64,000 nucleotides of DNA. It comes from Terriglobia bacterium (GTDB taxonomy: Bacteria; Acidobacteriota; Terriglobia; 20CM-2-55-15). Positions 40,449-49,089 of this stretch are shown here, piece by piece. Position numbers and translations under genes: made by a program. A model generated the notes under the pieces. The model did not search any database. It was not told the DNA's origin and saw only the letters and a list, made by a program, of their open reading frames with translations. The stretch lies in contig CBDCFM010000021.1 in assembly GCA_965216035.1 (NCBI GenBank), forward strand, positions 4,236 to 68,235, written 5' to 3'. Each line of letters begins with the position of its first letter. Position 1 is the stretch's first letter.

Positions 40449-42977
40449 TTGAGGCCGCTGGCTGGAATCAGAGATCGCGCTATGGTGAACGTAAAAAATT
40501 TGGCATACGAGCCCTTACCGGGCCATTACGATGAATTGATGGCCCCCGACGGCTCCGTTCGCCCCCACTGGCGTCCTCTTGTTGACGTCCTGGAAGGCTT
40601 GGGCCCCGATGAATTGAATCGGAGGGTGCATGAGAGTGTGAGGATGGTTCGCGACAACGGAGCCACCTTTCAGTTCCAGAAGGATGTCGGCGTCCAAAGG
40701 GAACGTCCCTGGCCGCTGGACCTGATTCCCATGGTCATCGACAGGGCGGAGTGGGATGCTCTAGCTCAGGGCGTGGCCCAGCGTGCTCGGTTACTCAACA
40801 TGATTCTGGCTGATCTTTACGGTCCGCAGAAACTGCTCCGGGATCGGTTGCTTCCAGCGGAACTGCTCTACGCCCACCCAAGGTTTCTCCGGCCATGTTC
40901 GGGTATCGAGCCCATTGATGGTGTGTGGTTGACGGTATACGCCCTCGATCTTGCCCGTTCTGAGGACGGGAGCTGGTGGATCCTTAGCGATCGGACCGAT
41001 GCGCCTACGGGATCCGGATTTGCCCTGGAGAATCGGCTCGTGACGAATCGGGCCCTGTCCGAAGCATTTGAAGCATCGAGCGTCCGGCGGCTATCAGGAT
41101 ACTTTCGAACACATCGGTCCACCCTGGCCCGATTGGCGCCTCGGAACCAGGAAAACCCGCGCATCGTGCTCCTCTCGCCCGGACCCGAGACCGAAACCTA
41201 CTTTGAGCAAGCACTGCTGTCACGATACCTGGGCTACACACTGGTTGAAGGATCCGACCTCGTCGTCAGGGACCACCGTGTTTTTCTCAAGACGCTCGGT
41301 GGTTTGCTGCCCGTGGACGTCGTTTGGCGCCGCCAGGATTCCGAGTCGTGCGATTCGCTGGAACTGGGAGGTGGATCCTCCGCTGGTGCTCCCGGGCTGC
41401 TGGACTGTGTCCGTGGAGGTCACGTCACCATTGCCAATGCCCTGGGAAGCGGACTGGCGGAGTCGCCCGCGCTGATGGCATTCCTTCCCAACCTGGCGAA
41501 TCACCTCATCGGCGAAGACCTCCGAATTCCGTCCGTAGCGACCTGGTGGTGTGGGCAAGAGGGCCCGCGCACAGAAGTCCTGGACCGGCTGGGCGAGTTG
41601 GTGATCAAACCGGCCTTCCCGGGCCCGCGGAGGGAGCGTCGGTTCGGTCACGAGCTGGGGGGCGAAGAACGCATGGCTCTCAGAGACGACATCCTCGGAG
41701 AACCCCGCGCCTATCTCGCACAAGAGCAAATACCTCTCTCGACTACTCCCGTCGGAATCCCCGGTTCGCTGTCTCCACGGTTCATGGTCATCCGGGCGTT
41801 TGCAGTCTCCGACGGCCAATCCTACGCGGTTATGCCCGGCGGGCTCGGACGGGTTTCGCCGAGCACCGCGTCCTACGATGTGACGGTCCTCGGCGGGGGC
41901 AGCAGCAAGGACATCTGGGTTGTGGGCGAGTCCGATGAACTACCCGTCACGCTCCTGCCGAGCGCGCCACGTCCGATCGATGTCAGTCGCGCCACATTCG
42001 ATCTGCCCAGCCGCGTGGCTGAGAATCTCTACTGGCTTGGGCGTTACGCGGAACGACTGGACGCAGCCGCACGGCTGATTCGGGCGACCCTCCCCCTCCT
42101 GTTTGGAGAATCATCTCGTTCGTCTTCCGCATTGAGCGGCGCTCTCAGCTTTCTGGAAGAACTCGGATACGCTGAACACAAGGCCGAATGGTCAACCACC
42201 CGGGAGCTCGAAGACGCTTTGGAACGTGCGATCGGGTTGGCTGTGGCGGAGTCGGACCGTAAGGGGAGTTTCGGGTGGCAGATTTTCCATCTTCACCGGA
42301 AGGCCCGCTCGCTGGGTGATCGGCTTTCAGTGGACGCGTGGAACATAATCTCGCAGCTCGAATCCGACTATGCGGCTGGAAACTCGCTTCCCCTCGAACG
42401 GGGACTCCCCGAACTACTCGACCGCATCGTTATTGCCCTGACCGGCTTCAGTGGTGCTGTGGGGGACGCGATGACCCGGGGTCACGGCTGGCGCTTTCTG
42501 GATATCGGACGGAGGATCGAGCGTGCTCTGCAGGTGATCGAGCTGTTGCGACATGGGTTGTTTCGTGTGGCCGAAGACGAAAGGGCGCGGATCGAGCTGC
42601 TCTTGGTTGCCGCTGACAGCACAATGACCTATCGATCTCGATACTTGACCTCACTGCAGGCGAATCTCACGATGGATCTCTTGCTGATCGATGAAGCCAA
42701 CCCTCGCGGGCTGGCCTTCCAGCTGCGCCGCCTCAAGGAGCATGTCGAAAGGTTGCCGGACGTCGATACGGTGGCCCGCCGTTCTGCCGAATCGTGGCGC
42801 CTGACCGACGCGATGGCGGCGGTCGAACTCGCTGAAATCGAGTTGCTGGCACGGGTGGAGGATGGGCGACGCGACGGCCTCGGGCAATTACTCGATCGCG
42901 TCAGCGGCGATCTCTCCCAACTCTCGGAGCACTTGACACGCGACTACCTGACCCATGCCCGGCCGTCGCCCCAGTGA
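40449..42977 (+). CDS. fused circularly permuted ATP-grasp type 2 (N-terminal) and alpha-E domain (C-terminal) protein
   Basis: The N-terminal ~480 aa are colinear with the standalone CP-ATP-grasp at 45035..46504. The C-terminus starts with the alpha-E motif SRVAENLYWLGRYAER, 842 aa. The ATG at 40482 is an alternative start. Confidence 0.75.
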   Translation: MRPLAGIRDRAMVNVKNLAYEPLPGHYDELMAPDGSVRPHWRPLVDVLEGLGPDELNRRVHESVRMVRDNGATFQFQKDVGVQRERPWPLDLIPMVIDRAEWDALAQGVAQRARLLNMILADLYGPQKLLRDRLLPAELLYAHPRFLRPCSGIEPIDGVWLTVYALDLARSEDGSWWILSDRTDAPTGSGFALENRLVTNRALSEAFEASSVRRLSGYFRTHRSTLARLAPRNQENPRIVLLSPGPETETYFEQALLSRYLGYTLVEGSDLVVRDHRVFLKTLGGLLPVDVVWRRQDSESCDSLELGGGSSAGAPGLLDCVRGGHVTIANALGSGLAESPALMAFLPNLANHLIGEDLRIPSVATWWCGQEGPRTEVLDRLGELVIKPAFPGPRRERRFGHELGGEERMALRDDILGEPRAYLAQEQIPLSTTPVGIPGSLSPRFMVIRAFAVSDGQSYAVMPGGLGRVSPSTASYDVTVLGGGSSKDIWVVGESDELPVTLLPSAPRPIDVSRATFDLPSRVAENLYWLGRYAERLDAAARLIRATLPLLFGESSRSSSALSGALSFLEELGYAEHKAEWSTTRELEDALERAIGLAVAESDRKGSFGWQIFHLHRKARSLGDRLSVDAWNIISQLESDYAAGNSLPLERGLPELLDRIVIALTGFSGAVGDAMTRGHGWRFLDIGRRIERALQVIELLRHGLFRVAEDERARIELLLVAADSTMTYRSRYLTSLQANLTMDLLLIDEANPRGLAFQLRRLKEHVERLPDVDTVARRSAESWRLTDAMAAVELAEIELLARVEDGRRDGLGQLLDRVSGDLSQLSEHLTRDYLTHARPSPQ

Positions 42978-43872
42978 TTCCACGATGAGCGTTACGGCCG
43001 GGGAACGGACTCTGATCGTCTCACACCGAACGCGATATACATACGCCGAGCTTGTCTCACATTCGCTCCACAGGGGCTTTCTGACACCCCGGACGACTCC
43101 GTACCAGGACGTACGCGTCAGCCGATTTACCATCGATCCTCCGCCTGCGGGCTCGACGACCCATGATGACTATTTCGGAAACCGAGTCTCGCTGTTCATG
43201 ATCGATGCGCCTCATAACGAGTTGATCGTTGAGGCCCAGAGCGAGCTGACCATCCGTCCGAACCCGCTCCTGCATTCGGAGATTCCGACCTGCAATCTGA
43301 ATATCGAGAGCGTTCGCCAGCGGATCCACCAGCCGGAGTCGCCCGAAGACCTGCAAGTCTATGAATTCTGCTTCAACTCGCCCCACGTGTCTCAGAGTTC
43401 GGAGTTGGCCCGCTACGCGTCTTCCTGCTTCACCCAACATGAAGACTTTCTGGCCGGCGTGGGGGCGCTGATGCACCGAATCCATTCTGGATTTCGCTAC
43501 GATCCCACGGTTACGACCGTTTCGACCCCGGTTTCCGAAGTGTTCGTCCACAAACACGGCGTGTGCCAGGATTTTGCGCATCTCATGATCGCGTGTCTGC
43601 GGTCCCTTGGCCTGGCTGCGCGATACGTCAGCGGTTACCTCGTGCCCGGCCCCGATGTAATCGGGGCCCAGGCTTCCCACGCCTGGGTCGCGGCTTACTG
43701 TTCGGGAATCGGATGGACGGATTTCGATCCGACCAACGACGTGGCGCCCTCGGGGAGTCACATTACTCTGGCCTGGGGTCGCGACTACTCCGATGTCAGC
43801 CCGTTCCGGGGCGTTATTTTTGGGGGCGGGGAACACCGGGTATCGGTCGAAGTCTCCGTGTCGCCAGAATAG
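42955..43872 (+). CDS. transglutaminase-like protein (Bact_transglu_N plus TGase core)
   Basis: IVSHRTRYTYAELVSHSL N-domain, HGVCQDFAHLMIA, SHAWVAAYCSGIGWTDFDPTND. The ATG at 42985 is an alternative start 8 nt after the upstream stop. Confidence 0.8.
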   Translation: MPGRRPSDSTMSVTAGERTLIVSHRTRYTYAELVSHSLHRGFLTPRTTPYQDVRVSRFTIDPPPAGSTTHDDYFGNRVSLFMIDAPHNELIVEAQSELTIRPNPLLHSEIPTCNLNIESVRQRIHQPESPEDLQVYEFCFNSPHVSQSSELARYASSCFTQHEDFLAGVGALMHRIHSGFRYDPTVTTVSTPVSEVFVHKHGVCQDFAHLMIACLRSLGLAARYVSGYLVPGPDVIGAQASHAWVAAYCSGIGWTDFDPTNDVAPSGSHITLAWGRDYSDVSPFRGVIFGGGEHRVSVEVSVSPE

Positions 43873-43874
43873 GA

Positions 43875-44025
43875 GGCTGGGGAAAAACGCTCGTTTTTCC
43901 TCGAGTCTGCTATGCGGCACAAGATGTGCCACGATTTTCGATGGCTGTCAGCCATTGAAAATGTGAGCCATGCGGGAATCACACTTCTCGGATGGCTTTT
44001 TCAGCATCCTGATAGTGCCCACCAC
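43875..44025. repeat. conserved ~150-nt intergenic element, copy B (palindrome GGCAC-N5-GTGCC at 43916-43930)
   Basis: It starts 3 nt after the TG2 stop and is the same element as copy A. Confidence 0.5.
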
Positions 44026-44052
44026 AGAGCAAATGCAGGTGACGCTGTCGGT

Positions 44053-45030
44053 TTATTCGGTTTGCGATCCTTCGTCCGCCGGTGCCGCCTCAGCCGGTTC
44101 GGGATCGGCGCAAAACGTTTCCAGGATCGCAGAGCTGGCATCATTCAGCTTCGTCTGCAGGACGTCGATGAAGTCGTGCACCCCCTCGGCTATGATCTCA
44201 TCCACGTGCATATAGTCCAGGTAGGCCCGCAGTCGGCCGAGTACCTGTTCGGCACGATTCTGGAACGTCGAGCCGGGCGTCTCTGAGATCGCTCGCACCG
44301 CTTCTTCCGCCTCGGTAACGCAGTGCCGGATGGACCGCGGGAACGCCCTGTCGAGAACCAGAAAAGCGACGAGGCGTTCCGGAATGATCCGTTGGTGCCG
44401 CTTTCTGTACATCTGCAACGCGCTGGTGGACCGCAACAGCGCCGCCCAAAGAATGTCGCCGTAGGGCCGGACAACCGACGGATCCTCCGGCAGCGAAAAC
44501 AGGTATCGCACGTCGAGCATACGGGAAGTCTTATCGGCCCGCTCGATCATCCGGCCCAGACGAAAGAAATGCCAACCCTCGTCATGAGACATCGTAGTGT
44601 CAGTAATGCCACTGATCAACCGGCAGGTCCGGACGACGCCTCTAAAGAAATCCTGAGACGAATTCATCGTCTCGGTAGCGGTTCGAAGCTTCAAATGTAA
44701 GAAGTTCAACTCCTCCCACATTGCAAGGGTGATGAAGTCACGCGCGGTATTGGCATTCGACCGTGCGGCATTGACACTGAACAGGATCGAGTTGGGGTTG
44801 TTGAGATCGTAAGTCATGAACCGGATGACGTTGTCGGCACTGATCACGTCGTACTTCGACTCAAACAGCTCACGGACTCCCAGCGCTTTAACCAGAGGCT
44901 CCCAATGACCGACATCCGATGGCAAATCCAGGGTCAGGTACGAATTCACGGAAATCAGCCGCGCGGTGTTTTCAGCGCGCTCCAGGTATCGGCTGCACCA
45001 GTACAGGGATTCGGCAACGCGGCTGAGCAT
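44053..45030 (-). CDS. alpha-E domain protein
   Basis: MLSRVAESLYWCSRYLERAENTARL is the alpha-E signature. Confidence 0.75.
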   Translation of the reverse strand: MLSRVAESLYWCSRYLERAENTARLISVNSYLTLDLPSDVGHWEPLVKALGVRELFESKYDVISADNVIRFMTYDLNNPNSILFSVNAARSNANTARDFITLAMWEELNFLHLKLRTATETMNSSQDFFRGVVRTCRLISGITDTTMSHDEGWHFFRLGRMIERADKTSRMLDVRYLFSLPEDPSVVRPYGDILWAALLRSTSALQMYRKRHQRIIPERLVAFLVLDRAFPRSIRHCVTEAEEAVRAISETPGSTFQNRAEQVLGRLRAYLDYMHVDEIIAEGVHDFIDVLQTKLNDASSAILETFCADPEPAEAAPADEGSQTE

Positions 45031-45034
45031 CAGG

Positions 45035-46504
45035 TCACGGACCTCTGCCAGGAAGATTCTGGGCCTTCGCCGTTTCTCCCGACAACACCCAGGTGTCCTT
45101 ACTGCCGCCGCCCTGAGACGAATTGACGACGAGGGATCCTTTCTTCAGTGCAACTCGGGTCAGTCCTCCAGGCATGACATAAATGTCTTCGCCATAAAGA
45201 ACGTACGGCCTCAAGTCGACGTGGCGCCCTTCGAACCCGCTCCCGGTGATCACCGGCACCCGCGACAGCGACAGAGTGGGTTGAGCAACATAGTTTCGCG
45301 GATTCTCTCGGATCAAGCGGCGAAAAGATTCGCAGTCGGCCTTGCTCGCATGCGGGCCAACGAGCATGCCGTATCCCCCGGCTTCGTTGGCGCTCTTGAC
45401 AACCAGGGTTTCCAGATGTTCCAGGACGTGTTGACGGTCTTTGCTATCCCAGCAGACAAATGTTGGAACGTTGGCCAGGACGGGATCCTCTCCGAGGTAG
45501 TATCGGATGACTTTCGGTATGTATGCATAGACAGCCTTGTCATCCGCGATCCCGCAGCCCGGGGCGTTCGCCAGCGCCACACGCCCCTTTCTATAGGCTG
45601 CAAAGATCCCGGGTACGCCGAGGCAGGTGTCTTTCCGGAATGCCAGCGGGTCAAGGAAGTCGTCATCGATCCTCCGATAGAGCACGTCGACCCGCCTGGG
45701 GCCCCGGGTCGTCCGCATGATCAGGTCGCCATCCAGGATCGCCAGATCACTCCCCTCGACGAGCTCGACACCCATTTCCCTTGCAAGAAAGGAGTGTTCA
45801 AAGTATGCGGAGTTGTAGATTCCGGGAGTCAAAACCGCAACGGTGGGGTTCTCCTGGCCCACGGCCAGCGATTCAAGGGTGGACAGCAAATGGCTCGGGT
45901 AGTCGCTCACCGGTCGGACGTTCGAATTCTGGAAGGCGACGGGAAACGTTTCCTTGAGAACCCTTCGATTTTCCAGAACATAGGAGACTCCGGAAGGACA
46001 GCGGAGGTTGTCTTCGAGCACGTAGTACTGCCCGTCCGTATCGCGCACGAGGTCCGCACCGTTGATATGACTCCAGACGCTCCGCGGCGGATCGAGGCCC
46101 ATGCAAACTTCGCGGAAAGACTGCGAGGACAGGATCAGTTCCCGAGGCACGACCCCGTCCTTCAGGATCTTCTGATCATGGTAGAGGTCATCAATGAAGA
46201 GGTTCAGTGCCAGCATACGCTGGCAAAGGCCACGCTCAAGGGTTTCCCATTCGGGGGCCTCGACGATCCGGGGAATGATGTCGAACGGAAAGATGCGCTC
46301 CGTCCCCGCGTTGTCTTCATACACCGTGAAGGTCACGCCTGCTCCGTAGAAAGCCTGTTCTGCGGCCTTCTGTCGAGCATGGATTTCCGAAATCGGAAGT
46401 CCCCGGATCCGTTCCGCAAGGGGGCGGGCTCCGGCGCGGGGTTGCCCGCGCGATACAAACATTTCGTCGTGGAAACCCGTCGGATCGTATTGACTGAACG
46501 GCAT
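45035..46504 (-). CDS. circularly permuted ATP-grasp type 2 protein
   Basis: 489 aa, colinear with the CP_ATPgrasp_2 family and with the N-terminal half of 40449..42977. Confidence 0.8.
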   Translation of the reverse strand: MPFSQYDPTGFHDEMFVSRGQPRAGARPLAERIRGLPISEIHARQKAAEQAFYGAGVTFTVYEDNAGTERIFPFDIIPRIVEAPEWETLERGLCQRMLALNLFIDDLYHDQKILKDGVVPRELILSSQSFREVCMGLDPPRSVWSHINGADLVRDTDGQYYVLEDNLRCPSGVSYVLENRRVLKETFPVAFQNSNVRPVSDYPSHLLSTLESLAVGQENPTVAVLTPGIYNSAYFEHSFLAREMGVELVEGSDLAILDGDLIMRTTRGPRRVDVLYRRIDDDFLDPLAFRKDTCLGVPGIFAAYRKGRVALANAPGCGIADDKAVYAYIPKVIRYYLGEDPVLANVPTFVCWDSKDRQHVLEHLETLVVKSANEAGGYGMLVGPHASKADCESFRRLIRENPRNYVAQPTLSLSRVPVITGSGFEGRHVDLRPYVLYGEDIYVMPGGLTRVALKKGSLVVNSSQGGGSKDTWVLSGETAKAQNLPGRGP

Positions 46505-47195
46505 GGCAGCTCCAAATTATTCTATTTCTGTAGGTCCTTGCAAATTGTCGTGGGTTTTCTCAGACCCGTCATTGAACCGCGGAAGAGAACGGACGCGTCG
46601 AGCACGGAACATCAAACCCTGGGGAGAGAGGTCGCTTTGACGCACATACACGTTCCGATAGATCACCTGTAGTACACATCGACTGGAACACCCCATTGCA
46701 GACGTTCAAACATTCCTCCCTGGGATGGATCGGTGTCGGGGCCGGACTCGTTTCGTGTTGGAGCTGCCGTCTCGGAAGGCCATGGATAGCCTGTTCCTGG
46801 CGGAATGCCCCACGCGGCTCAATACAGACCTGCCATTGTCGTACATTGTCAAAACCAATGAAGTTTTCTGAACTCACCCCGGAGCACCCGATCAAGGTTG
46901 AGAAGAACGCCGTCAGAAGTACAGTTTCTAGAGTGTGGTGTGGACACGGCTGCATTCCGATTGCACGCCATGATGGACACAGCAATGTCGGTGGCGGGAC
47001 CCCTCATCCTGATGGCCACTCGAAGCTCACTTCTACCATTCGTGAACTCACGGCGTGATGTTTCGTACAATAGAAACCGAACTTTCACAGAATCGGCGCA
47101 TGTGCGGTTCCCGGAAAGCTGTCATTCCCGAAAGCCGGGATGTCGTGTGTGAATCGCTGTAAACTTTTACTTGATGTAACCATGTGAGGCTGAAC

Positions 47196-47342
47196 AATGT
47201 CGCAGTTGAATGGTGATAAATCCCGCCATAACCGTCAGCGGAAAGAAAAACTTCGGAAGAGGGTTCTACTTCGGGATTTACGCGGAGACCCGCGGGCCCA
47301 GGCCAAGGACCCTCCGAAAAAGACCAAAAAGCCCGCCGAGTG
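47196..47342 (+). CDS. unannotated 48-aa highly basic small protein (MSQLNGDKSRHNRQRKEKLRKRVLLRDLRGDPRAQAKDPPKKTKKPAE)
   Basis: ATG with a GAGG Shine-Dalgarno 7 nt upstream. It falls below the 60-aa cut-off of the ORF track and sits in a 930-bp gap otherwise free of credible ORFs. Confidence 0.35.
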
Positions 47343-47431
47343 AGGTTTGGCGAGTGAGGTTTGGACGGAGTCGTCGGTTTTGATCGGAAGCCGGCCAGGA
47401 CGCATCGTGAGTGTCGCGCCCTGGCCCCTGT

Positions 47432-48601
47432 TTATATGGATTCCGCCGAAAGCTGCGGAAAGATCCGTTCGATGTTGTCCCGGTAGAGTTGCTCGAACTC
47501 CTGCGTATCGAACACACCTGCATCGGTAAGTCCTTTAACATCGTTGACCATGTTGCTGTAGGGGAAATCGGTTCCGAACACCATCTGGTCGATGCCCACA
47601 ACCTGCCGGAGCGCACGCATCGCCACCCCATTCGCGGTGGCCGCACAGTCGTAATAGAAGCCCCGGAGCTGGTCGAGCTCCGAACCGGGTTCCGCCGTCT
47701 GCCGCAGATACGAGTCGAGATCGCCGCGGTGTCCGACAATGCGCTGGACAAGGAATGGCATCGTGCCGCCCGCATGCGAGAAAATCCAATTGATGTTGGG
47801 GAACCTCGTTGGCACGTCGTTGACGATGAGGCTCATGATCATCCGGGTCGTGTCGGTCCCGTACTCAATCGTGTTCGGGCGCATGTTCTTGACGATGTTG
47901 ATGCAGCAGGCCGCATCCGTCGGATGCGTGTAGACGGTCAGGCTACGGCGATTGAGTTCCTCCAGGAGTGGGGTGAATTGCGGTTCGCCGATGTATTGAT
48001 CGCCGTTGCTCGTCGCCAGGAACGCACCGCCCGCCCCAAGGGTGTCAATAGCATACTCCAGTTCTAGGAGGCTGTTGTCGACGTCGGGCATTGGCATCGA
48101 CGCCATCAAGACGAAACGGCCGGGGTAGTCCGCAACCATCTGCGTGCCGTATTCGTTTCCCTCGCGTGCCAGCCGACGGATGGTCTCCGCACCCTGGGCC
48201 TCGGAGACGCCCCGCTGTTGGAGCCTGTCCGGGGTAAAAGCCCCGCCGGCCTGTCCCGTCGAAATCAGCGCCGTCGCCGTCCCCGTGCTGTCCATTGCCT
48301 CGATCGATCTGTCGGGCGTCCAACCAATTCTGGCGTTGGGTGCCAGATTGACCGCCTCGAGCTCCTCGAACCAGCCGGCCGACGTGAAGTGATGATGGAC
48401 ATCGACCCGGCGGCCCGCGGCGACATCTATTCCCGCCGTTGACGTCGGCGCCTCCCCGCCTGGAGCCTCCGTCCCCTGTTCGCTGCTGCCACAGCTTGAT
48501 AGCCACACCCCCGCTCCCGCAGCCGCGAGCCCGGTCAGAAACTGCCTCCGCGGTTGGACCGGGTTCACGCCGTTCGGTCCATTCACATCGTCACACTTCA
48601 T
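47432..48601 (-). CDS. amidohydrolase-2 family hydrolase, Tat-exported lipoprotein
   Basis: Tat motif RRQFLTGLAAAGAGV plus lipobox LSSCG, then HHHF... Confidence 0.65.
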   Translation of the reverse strand: MKCDDVNGPNGVNPVQPRRQFLTGLAAAGAGVWLSSCGSSEQGTEAPGGEAPTSTAGIDVAAGRRVDVHHHFTSAGWFEELEAVNLAPNARIGWTPDRSIEAMDSTGTATALISTGQAGGAFTPDRLQQRGVSEAQGAETIRRLAREGNEYGTQMVADYPGRFVLMASMPMPDVDNSLLELEYAIDTLGAGGAFLATSNGDQYIGEPQFTPLLEELNRRSLTVYTHPTDAACCINIVKNMRPNTIEYGTDTTRMIMSLIVNDVPTRFPNINWIFSHAGGTMPFLVQRIVGHRGDLDSYLRQTAEPGSELDQLRGFYYDCAATANGVAMRALRQVVGIDQMVFGTDFPYSNMVNDVKGLTDAGVFDTQEFEQLYRDNIERIFPQLSAESI

Positions 48602-49089
48602 GTTCGACCTCCAAAGATACGAAAAGGGCGCCGTGAGACCATTTACGTCGTTTCAAATAGATGCATCCGGGGGCCGGCCTGTACCGGTTCACATCACCGG
48701 ATGCGGCAAAAGGGCACGCCCTCACCACGACCGAAAAGCCTACGCTGTTGACCGCATTCCGAACAAAGTACCGCCCGAGCGTAGTCAAAATAAGCGCACA
48801 ATTGCAATGAAAATAGGATGATGTGTGACGTTTGCGAGACACGAAATTGGGCCGCGAAGTCGCAATCAAGACACTGCCCGAAAAGTACTCCGCCGACAAA
48901 GTGCCTCAAGTGCAGTTTCGGGCCGCACGCCGCACCTGACCAAAAATTCAGAAATTCTTAAGTTGTATGTACCCTCCTGTGGGACCTAGCGTTTATCTTG
49001 ATGATCAGGCTGAGGTACTAAACTGTGTGGCTGGCATTTGTAGTTGGCAATGGATACATTAGGACCCGCATTATGAGAGGAGACTGTCG

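Noticed and set aside
40182-43982. Minus-strand small ORFs 40182..40412 and 43785..43982 sharing the peptide SHRKSWHILCR(M/I)AD
   Set aside because: The shared peptide is a by-product of nucleotide conservation in the repeat. Both ORFs extend antisense into neighbouring genes, and the candidate sigma-54 start lies downstream of their ATGs.
49041-49062. TGGCATTTGTAGTTGGCA upstream of the TonB receptor gene as a sigma-54 promoter
   Set aside because: The -12 element reads TTGG and the spacing is off.
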